From contig OZ024743.1 in the NCBI GenBank assembly GCA_964016885.1, positions 166,718,001-166,782,000 on the forward strand: 64,000 nucleotides of DNA, written 5' to 3'. This DNA comes from Eledone cirrhosa. Taxonomy: Eukaryota. Each line of letters starts with the position of its first letter. Position 1 is the stretch's first letter. Of this stretch, positions 54,598 through 64,000 are shown piece after piece. The translations under genes were made by a program, and so were the position numbers. The notes beneath the pieces are model-generated. The model saw only the letters and a list, made by a program, of their open reading frames with translations. It searched no databases and was not told the origin of the DNA.

Positions 54598-54960
54598 TGT
54601 ATATATATATATGCTAAACCTGGATTTTATATGTTCTGGCTTGTTAATTTATTAACCCGCCATAGAACCACATTGGCATACGGTTGGATAATACTTGTAT
54701 CCCTATATGTACTTTTTACACGTAGAAACACATACTTTATTATTATTAATCTCCCCTAAGGTTGAGATAACACTTGGTCGTTTGAACTGCTGCTATTTCT
54801 AGTGGCAGGACATTGACCTGTCCACCCTGCCTTCTGTCTTTGCACACGGCACTAGACAAAATTGTGTCTTTCATCCTTCACTCTCATCTGGGAACAGTTT
54901 TGTATGGCGTGACTTTGTGATTTAAACTCGGGAATTTTATATTCTCCGAGCGAGAAGAAC

Positions 54961-55038
54961 CTTCTGAAGAGAGTCACCTTCTCAATGGAAATCCGCTTGG
55001 ATTATCCGTTTATTTTGAGACTTGAAACCGCGGTAAAG
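54961..55038 (+). ncRNA. Type-I hammerhead ribozyme
   Basis: ctt-CTGAAGA-gagtc..gactt-GAAA-ccgcgg-TA-aag, with palindromic stem III and extended stem II. Confidence 0.8.
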
Positions 55039-55134
55039 ACACATATAGTAAGTACAGCGAATTTTTAAACATTTATTTTAAAACTTTTTCTCTATTTGCT
55101 AGATCTGGATTTTATATATATATATATATATATA

Positions 55135-55710
55135 AAAACAAATAACGAAACGAAATTAAATTTCGTTTCGTTTGTAACTCACTTTTGTATGACTGACGCT
55201 TAAACAATTAAGTTAAAAATGTACATCCACATATGTATACTGAAATACTAGTATGCATATGAATACACACACGTGTACATATGTAGATGTACCGAGTTTT
55301 TCACTGGACACTTTACTGTGAGTGTTCAGCTATTCTGTATGTAAACACACAGACAAACCGGTTTTTAGAGTCATACTGGTTTTCGAGGAAACACCTTTCC
55401 TCTATTCTCCAGAAAGCCAGACAGGAATATTGGACTAGTTTCGATGTTGTTACATCTCATCAGCAATATTTACCTATCCTCCGGCCTTTCTAGAGAATCG
55501 TAAAAGCACATATCGTTATATGCTTTTTCTATGAAAATTAGTAGTGGGCAGACTAATTTGCATAGAGCGTTTACATACAGAATAGTTGAACACTCACAGT
55601 AAAGTGTCCAGTGAAAAACTCGGTACATCTACATATGTACACGTGTGTGTATTCATATGCATACTAGTATTTCAGTATACATATGTGGATGTACATTTTT
55701 AACTTAATTG

Positions 55711-55712
<2 letters not shown>
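55135..55712 (-). mobile_element. Asymmetric fold-back insertion carrying an HHR in its spacer
   Basis: Arms 55203-55345 and 55569-55712. The left arm extends about 70 nt further. (TA)n flanks. Confidence 0.85.
55426..55470 (-). ncRNA. Canonical minimal type-I hammerhead ribozyme
   Basis: aatattg-CTGATGA-gatgt-aaca-acatc-GAAA-ctag-TC-caatatt: perfect 7-bp stem I, perfect 5-bp stem II, GUC triplet. Confidence 0.93.
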
Positions 55713-55772
<60 letters not shown>

Positions 55773-55776
<4 letters not shown>

Positions 55777-56084
55777 GTGTATAATGGTAGCTATGGTGCT
55801 TCCATAGGCGGTATGCCAAAATTAGCACTCGATGTTCAGCAGAGTAGAGTGTAGATTGTATAAAGAAAACGAAAAATCAGTGATGCATCTGGACTTAATT
55901 TATTGCGTGTTACAATTGTTTCGCCGGCAGGTAGCTCGAGACATGGTCCTTGTATGAATCTGGCTGATTCTACTTCTGCAGGTTCTTCCATAAAAGGACC
56001 ATGCCTCGAGTTACCTGCAGGCGAAACAATTGTAACACGCAATAAATTAAGTCCAGATGCATCACTGATTTTTCGTTTTCTTTA

Positions 56085-56090
<6 letters not shown>
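55773..56090. repeat. Asymmetric fold-back with HHR 3' halves
   Basis: Arms 55858-55956 and 55989-56087 each contain GAAA-caattg-TA-acacgc-AATAAA. A related fragment lies at 38851-38895. Confidence 0.85.
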
Positions 56091-56183
<93 letters not shown>

Positions 56184-56289
56184 AACTTTAACTTTGATAA
56201 CTTTAATAACTTTTATAGGTTTCGGCCAGTATTGGCCCAGGTCATGTCTAAGCTAATAGCACCACCTGACGAAGTCTTTCAAATCAGGA

Positions 56290-58345
56290 TTTGAGCACCA
56301 TGGCCCACTCAAGTAGAGAGTTATTGTTTACGGAGGCATATCCGGGTGTAGGAGGCTTATCCGGGATTTCTTGAAGGGATTTGTCCAAAGAGTTCTTGAA
56401 CCTGATGGGGTCTGTTCTGTTTTAATGTGTTTTGGTGTAACTTTAAAGAGAGCGGGGCCAATTAAGGTGAAATAATTGTTCCGTATTGTTGTTATGAGAT
56501 GCGAGTGAGATTTTTGTCGTTGGTGGATAGCACAGGGCCCAAGGTTTGGGTGTACATTAAAGGTGATGCCAACATCATTTGGGCAAATCTGATGGAATAT
56601 TTTCCACATCAAGCAGATAATGTAGCGCTCACGGCGACTTTGGAGACAATAAAGGTTGACCTTTTCTAATCGACTCCAATAGTCAAAGCCTGTCATGCCA
56701 TCTATCTTTTTTGTAATTGATCTTTGGGGTGCTTGAGCTTTCATGATACTTTATTTCGTGTGGGGAGACCACAGTGGACAATAGTATTCAAGGTGGGGTC
56801 GAGCAAAAGAGGAGAAGAGAAGGATAACAGAGTGGATATCTTTCGACTGGAATTTCTGAGAATCCAGGAACACATTCTGCGAGCCATGTCAACTTTGCTG
56901 TTTATATGAGTGGCCCAGCTTATGTTGTTGTCCACAATTACTCCTAGGTCTCTGATGTTGTTGGATGCCACGAGAGTTTCAGCTGGAGGAAGAGAGTATG
57001 GTAGTTTCAGGGCATCCTTTTTTCCAAAGTAGATTAATACAAACTTATCCTAATTCAACAGCATATTGTTCTTTTCTGCCCATTGGATAACAGCAGTAGG
57101 TCTGACTGAAGGCAAGTCCTGTCATCCACCTCATTGATGACCTTTTTGAGCTTGGAATCATATGCGAAGATTCTTACGTTGCTGTGCTTGATGATGTCAG
57201 TAATGTCATTAATGTAGATGATGAAAAGAAGTGGGCCCAACACAGTGCCTTGTGGGACGCCACTGGTGACTTTGGCTGGGTTCGATTTTACTCCTTCAAC
57301 TACAACATGTTGGGTTCTATCTCTCAGGAAACATTTGATCCAACTTTCCAGAGACACCAACATTGGATAGTTTTTTCAGTAGAATCTTATAATCAACCCT
57401 GTCAAAGGCCTTGCTGAAATCAAGGCAGATGACATCAGTGTTGGAGCCCTCTCCCAAGGCTCTCAAAACATCGTCAAAATAATGCAGGAACTGCGTTACG
57501 CAGTCCTTTCCATTACGGAACCCATGCTGGTTGGAGTTCAGCAGGCCATTGCTTTCGAGAAAGTGGGCTAATAGTGATCTCACCACCCTCTCAAATACCT
57601 TGAAGATATGAGAGGTGAGTGAGATCGGACGGTAGTTCTCTGCAAGGGACTTATTTCCCTTTTTGAAAACTGGGACAACGGACTGGGACAGAAAGTTTTC
57701 AGGAATATAGCCAGCATCCAGTGAGTTCCTCCACATATTAGCAAGAGGAGATGCAAGTTGGTGTCGACACACCTTCAGGACACAAGCAGGGAACCTGTCG
57801 GGCCTACTGCTGAATTGTGTTTAATTTCGTTTATTGCCGCTAAGACATCAGGGGCGCCAAACGTTATGTCCGATATAGTATGGTGGGGTTTAACATCACT
57901 GATACGGCCCAGATCGGCCATATCAGGATTGCTGAAAACAGAGCAGTATTGTTTCTGCAGTATCTCACCCATGGTTTGGGAATTATTTCGGAGTGTGCCA
58001 TTTTCATCAACTAGAGGGCCAACAGTGGAGACAGTGACCTTGTGATTTTTGCAAATGAAAAGAACACTTAGGGGTTGAGTTTAATTTTCTCAATGGCCCA
58101 CTTCTCTTCAGCTGTTCTTTGGTTATTGATGATGGTCTTCATGCATTGTTGGAGGTTATAGTTATTTGTTTCAAGCAGGGCGATAGCCGTTGAATGTGTG
58201 TGTTGCTGTTGGCAGTATTTTAATGTGTTAATTTTTTTGTTTGTTCTTTTTATTTTTCTGATAATAGTTTTTCTGTTTTTGGGGATACTGCACTTGGTTT
58301 TGTTCACGGGTTTTTGTGAGGTGTGTTTTGCACATATATTTGTTA
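56290..58345 (-). mobile_element. CR1/Jockey-group LINE ORF2 fragment, decayed
   Basis: NYRPISLTS, NQHGFR, DFSKAFDRV, SGVPQGTVLGPLLFIIYIND, FAYD (from FADD), RDLGVIVD. Confidence 0.9.
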
Positions 58346-61300
58346 CAGCCACTAAGAGAGAAGCTAGACGTCAGGTATACTTAGCACGCAGGGAGGCTGA
58401 GAGTAGGAGGTTTGCTAATGTTCTGCGACGGGAAGATCAGAAACGTGTGGTGTTCCACATTGCAATGCAGTGTGCCAGTGCAAATCGGGATGTTGTTGGA
58501 GATAAGTGTGTCCGGAATGATGCCGGTGTACTTAGTGTCACGAATAATAAAAACAAGGAGGCCTGGAAATGTCATTATGAGAGACTGATGAATGTGGAGA
58601 ACGAATGGGAGAGAGAGAAATTACCCCCAGTAGACCCGACAGAGGGACTAGCTGTTGAGATTGACGAATATAAGGTACAAGAGGCAATTAAGGAAACTAG
58701 CTGACGTACCCAGCTTCGCCCGGGTAAACAGATGGTAAGAGAAGAAGGTAAAAGAGAAAATGAATGTATTGGATGTTTGTCTGGTTACAGTATGAGGCGA
58801 GTCCGTGGTGTCTGTGTGATACAGAAAACAGTAAAAAAAATCTTCCAGATATACCAGATTCTTCGTTGTACCGTTTGTGCATAGTATATGAACAATTCTA
58901 GGTGCCCCCACCTAGAATAGTAACCTCTAGGAGATGGTTCATCTTCTGCCTGACTGTAAAACGTATATCATTGCATAGACGTGGTTGTTCTACGTTTCTC
59001 AAAAGGATGATGGAAGTTCCAATCTTTTATAATATATGTAGATATAGATATAGATAATTAATATAAAAGATGATGCTCAGCCAGTTCGTCTTCAACCATC
59101 GCAGCACGCCGTCGCTGCTTGGCTCCAGTGTTTCGTTGGCGTTGTTCAGCCAGCTCCTCTTCATTCATGGCGGCACGTCTTCGCCTCTGAAGTTCGGCGT
59201 TCCGATGGCGATGTTCGGCCCGTTTTTCTTCATTCCTGGCTGCACGCCGTCGCCGCTGTTTGATAAAGTCGAATTGCTTTTATTATCAGTATTCATTTCG
59301 AGCAATTGTCAAAAACTGACACAATAATAAATATAAAAGATGTCCGTCAATGTAAAAAAAAGGTCCCTATTTACTCCCTTCACAACTCTGTGTATGTTAG
59401 ATCGACAGACAGGCACACAGACAGATAAACTGCGTGGCGATTGTGGAACGCCCCATGAACACACACATACACGCATGGAAACGCGCACACGCACGCAAAC
59501 TTACACACGCACCCGTGCACTTACACACACTTACACACTCACACATGTTGATAGTTTTTACTTTCTGTGGAACGCTGCACGCACGCACACACACATTAAC
59601 ATACGCACACGTACATACACACGCACACATGGTAATAGTTACAGCGTTCACTTTGCCTCTCTGTTTCTTACTCTCCCCTCTCACTCCCTCATTGGGATTA
59701 TGCGTATTAATTTAGATTTGGCGTCGTTGAGGTGGGCGGAGTCGTTTGAAACCTATGAACCAATGATAATCGAGAATTATGACGCACGGAATACTGATGT
59801 TGTTGAAATTAATATATAGATGAAGAATGGTAAGGCTGCTGAACCGTCAGGGATAGTTGCTGAGATGCTGAAGGCATCAGGAGAAGTAGGCACTAAACAG
59901 GTTGCACGCGTCATCAATCAAGCTATATATGGTGGTGTCATACCCAAAGACTGGTGCAGCAGTATTCTCATAAATTGCTACAAAGGTAAAGGGGATGTTC
60001 TGGAGAGGAGCAATTATAAGGGCATAAAGCTGATGGATCAGGTTATGAAAGTGGCAGAGAGAATATTAGCGCAACTGATTAGAGAAAGGATCAAACTAGA
60101 GATGCAGTTTGGTTTTGTGCCTCGGAAAGGATATTAGCAAAACTAATTAGAGAAAGGGTCAAACTAGATGAGATGTACTTTGGTTCTGTGCCTGGGAAAA
60201 GTACAACAGATGCCCCCTTCTTAGTGAGGCAACTACAAGAGAGGTTCTTAGAGAAGAATAAGCCACTATACTTAGCTTTTGTTGACCTAGAGAAGGCCTT
60301 TGATAGGGTACCCCGATCTGTCATCTGGTGGTCCCTAAGGAAACTAGGTGTAGAAGAATAGCTTGTGAGGACAGTGAAAGCTATGTACAGAGGTGCTGTC
60401 AGTAAAGTGAGAGTAGGAATGGAGTTTAGTGAGGAATTCCAGATACAAGCAGGTGTACATCAGGGTTCGGTCCTCAGCCCGCTCTTGTTCATTAGTCCTC
60501 CAACCCATAACAGAGGAGTTTAAGACTGGATGCCCATGGGAACTTCTCTATGCTGATGATCTGGTTCTTATAGCAGAATCAGTAGATGAGCTAGAGAATA
60601 AACTTTGGCTATGGAAACAGCAGTTGGAATCAAGAGAACTGAGAGTGAACATAGCTAACACAAAAGCGTTGATAAGTAGAAGAGAGGACAATACTCTGAT
60701 TCCATCAGGGAAATGGCCATATTCGATATGTAGAAAAGGAACTGGCATAAATCCATTAAATATACGGAATGCAGATCTTGGGTACACGAGAGATGTAAGT
60801 GGGATAGCAGGCAAACTAACAGGTAGGGAAAACTAAGTATGCAGTAGATGTACAGGGAAAGTTGACAGTAGTAATCGGAGTGATAGACATATTTTTCCAA
60901 TGCAGGTGGGTTCTATAGAAGTGGTTGATAGCTTCCAGTACCTTGGTGAACCGATTAGCATGGGAGGGGGGGTCCGAGGCCATAGTATCTAGAATAAGGA
61001 CGGGTTGGAAGAAGTTTAGGGAGCTGCATCCTCTGTTGACAAAGAAGGGTTCTCCCTGCGTACGAAAGGACGGTTATATGATGCCTGTGTGAGATGCGCG
61101 ATGCTGCATGGTAGTGAGACATGGGCAGCAACAGCAGAGGATATGCGACGGCTGGAGAGAAATGAAGCAAGCATGTTCCGTTGGATGTTCAATGTCAATG
61201 TGCGTGTACGACCAAGCATACATGAGTTGAGAAAGAAACTGGGTATAAGAGGGATAAGTTGTGGTGTGCAGGAGAGAAGGCTGAGATGATATGGACATGT

Positions 61301-61535
61301 GCTGCGCATGGAAGATGACCGATGGGTAATGAAGTGCAAAGAAATCCCAGTAGAAGGAAGACGCAGTAGAGGAAGACCACGACAAAACATGGGCGAATGT
61401 GGTGAGAACAGACCTCAGATCGCTGAAACTCACGGAGGAGATGACGAAGAACCGTGACAAGTGGAGAGATGCTGTGCTAAATATGACCCGTCCCACCCTT
61501 ACAAGCAGGGAAAAGCGGACGTAAAATGATGTTGA
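58346..61535 (+). mobile_element. RTE-clade LINE, second copy, interrupted by a Helitron
   Basis: Collinear reverse complement of 32460-34430, with YADD and a (GAT)n-like tail. Internal duplication of about 70 bp at 60062-60200. Confidence 0.92.
58697..59820 (-). mobile_element. Non-autonomous Helitron
   Basis: The minus strand starts TC(TATATATT) and ends with hairpin cccgggcgaagctggg + CTAG. It is inserted between A and T of the RTE (GAA A|TG AAG) with no target-site duplication (TSD). Confidence 0.9.
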
Positions 61536-61661
61536 TGATGATAATGATATAATAAATTATATATATATATTATATATGTATATATATTTCATATATATAT
61601 ATACATATATATATATTATATATATATATATTATATATATATGTTATATATATACATATAT

Positions 61662-61689
<28 letters not shown>

Positions 61690-61695
<6 letters not shown>

Positions 61696-62155
61696 ATTAA
61701 AATAACAGATTAAAGTTGAAGCAAAGAATCGCTGCTTGACGGGATCTTCTGAAACTAAAAAATCAATTTGTGAACGCAGAAGTAAATATTTCGAAAAACG
61801 TTGCAACCGAAGGAAGACAGGAAGACGATACTTTGGTTCGTGGAGACGTTCCCGGACAATGAACGGGAAAAAACGAAGATAATACGTCATTATTTGGAGC
61901 GTTGAGAACAATTACATGCAAAGACAAAACCACGTTTATGGTATAAATGAAGTCGTGGACTAATATTCTATTTAGGTGGTTCGTGGAGACGTTCCCTGGC
62001 AATGAACGGGAAAAAAACGAAGATAATAAAGCAGCGATTCTTTGCTTAAACTTTAATCTGTTATTTTAATAAATATTTGTTCTACAGTTCTTATATATTT
62101 GATATATATTTATCCTTATCGAGCCCTCTTTGGATTTTAGTCTTCAAATTTATTA
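61690..62155 (+). repeat. Asymmetric inverted-repeat insertion
   Basis: Arms 61690-61737 and 62029-62076. The extension 62085-62155 also occurs at 45773-45845. Internal direct repeat of about 50 bp. Confidence 0.7.
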
Positions 62156-62162
62156 TTATTAT

Positions 62163-62232
62163 TCGGGGTCGATAAAGTAAAGTACCAGTAATGTACTGGG
62201 TAATTTCTGGCCTTGTGCCAATAGTAGAAACA

Positions 62233-62234
<2 letters not shown>
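62163..62234 (+). mobile_element. SINE 3' fragment
   Basis: cggggtcgataaag..gtagaaacaatt. Confidence 0.82.
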
Positions 62235-62285
<51 letters not shown>

Positions 62286-62397
62286 TATATATATATAAAT
62301 AATATATATATATATAATATATTGAGCGCTTGCCGCATATCTCGAAAATTGCGTTTCGCTTTGTTTTCGACCACTGCCGAAATTCGATTTCGCATAG

Positions 62398-62528
62398 AGT
62401 TACGGCCCTTGCCATTCTGAGTTCAAATCCCGCTGAGGTTAACTTTGCCTTTCATCCTTACGGGGGCGATAAAATAAAGTACCAGTAATGCACTGGGTAA
62501 TTGCTGGCCTTGTGCCAAAAGTAGAAAC

Positions 62529-62532
<4 letters not shown>
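62398..62532 (+). mobile_element. SINE, 5'-truncated
   Basis: B box, central domain and tail of the 5641-5830 family. Confidence 0.85.
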
Positions 62533-62586
<54 letters not shown>

Positions 62587-62639
62587 ATACATCATCATCA
62601 TCATCGTTTAATGTCTATATATTATATATATATATATAT

Positions 62640-62800
62640 ATAAAAGAATAGAGGTGTAACACACAAGTTATGATAAAAGGAAAAGAAAATGCTGACAAAT
62701 TGTTCCCAGTGAAAAATAGTTTAATTAGGAATAAGTAAAAATTAGTAATAGTATTGGTTAGTATTCAGTTTTGGTTTTAAGTTTTACCGGTTGCGCATAC
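62640..62800 (-). repeat. Dispersed repeat (inverted tail next to a PLE), also at 41267-41428
   Basis: Reverse-complement match by eye. Confidence 0.75.
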
Positions 62801-62809
62801 CAAATCACT

Positions 62810-64000
62810 CAACTACTACGCGGATGCCTCATCGTCAAACATAGGGAAAAGATACCACCACCATGATAGATGTAACAACTTCTCCGCTTCAAGGGGACAG
62901 CAAGGTAATTTCCATTTTCTCAACTCTCGCTTCCACAATACACAACAAACCCACACCACACGATACAACCAACAAGTAGGCCACCTATAACACCACAATC
63001 CAACATGGCACATAGAAACACACATCCATACTCGCAATACAGGAACACCCCATTCAATCTACAACCACGAACGCGAACCACATTTTACAACAACAAGGAA
63101 TATAACAAACACAGGAGACCACTTAACATCAGCAGACAACCCCTTTATCCCAACCATTTTTTAGACACAGCACACAGATACAGGCAAACAAAATAACACA
63201 AGACAGGGAGGAGAAACCGAGAGTAATAAAAATTATCAATCTAACTAGTGCAGAACCAACACCCAACCTTATCAACTTACTCTCCAAAGGTCTTAAATTC
63301 ACACCGACCCCACTACATCCTAACTACTATGAAATGAAGGAAGACATCACAGACTTCTGTAGAAAGTTACGACTCAGTGAAGAACTATTCGACCAGTACA
63401 ATGAGGATGAATCATTAGCCAGAAATAGAAGCAATTACACCCCATCAAAAGGTAGAAATAAAATCCTGGACGAATTCTGTGAACACATCACAAACTTCCC
63501 TTACCAACACTTGCACAGACAAAAACACAAGCCAAACCTCAACAAGAAATAATGGGAAGAATTAAATAGATTAAAAACCGACAGAACCATTACAATTAAA
63601 GAGGCTGATAAAGTGAGTACAGTAGTCCTAATGGAGACAGAATTCTATATCAACTTAGCGCTCTCCACTTTGGAAAACGAAACATACTACGAAAAGGCTG
63701 AACACTACAATCAACAGAAAATTATGAGAAACCTAAAAACTCTGATCAACCAATACAAAGAAGGACTCACTAACAAGGAATTCAGCTTCATCACAGACTT
63801 CACAAGTAAATCCAGCCTTTTCTACGGTATCCCTAAAGTACATAAAAGCGAATTAATAAGTAAGGCATGCAAGGAAGCCACAGACATAGTCATCAATGTC
63901 CCCTCACCCAATGATCTCAAATTAAGACCTATAATAGCAGGCCCCGCTTGCGAAACCCACCGCCTTAGCAACTTCATTGATACCCTTCTCAAGCTTTTTC
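62810..64000 (+). mobile_element. PLE ORF N-terminal part and RT start, running off the window
   Basis: IINL..LLSKGLKFTPTP, FCRKLRL, IKEADK..VVLM, FYGIPKVHK, LRPIIAGP; in-frame stops. Confidence 0.88.

Noticed and set aside
56262-56300. CTGACGA as a hammerhead core
   Set aside because: No downstream GAAA..NUH and matching stem I. The region is broken by the CR1-like element.

Overview
This is eukaryotic DNA saturated with repeats, and I can see no host protein-coding gene. The tRNA-derived SINE family and the extreme (TA)n/(AAT)n/(CA)n density suggest a coleoid cephalopod (Octopus-like), which is inference only. Contents: (i) an L1/Tx1-type LINE family, including one 6.0-kb copy with intact ORF2 (19410-25441), always inserted with (ATT)n on its sense strand; (ii) R4/Dong-type RLE LINEs inserted into the same microsatellite in the opposite polarity, forming a nested tail-to-tail cluster at about 6.2-31.5 kb; (iii) many Penelope-like element (PLE) fragments from several families; (iv) RTE, CR1-like, Gypsy, mariner, SINE and Helitron copies. 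The most striking non-ORF signal is a set of at least seven unrelated minimal type-I hammerhead ribozyme (HHR) folds, on both strands, nearly all with a palindromic stem III. They sit in PLE 3' tails that form asymmetric fold-back insertions in (TA)n. Some fold-backs are centred on HHR stem II or end at the predicted cleavage site, and two families show non-canonical cores. All alignments and folds were done by eye, so boundaries are approximate.
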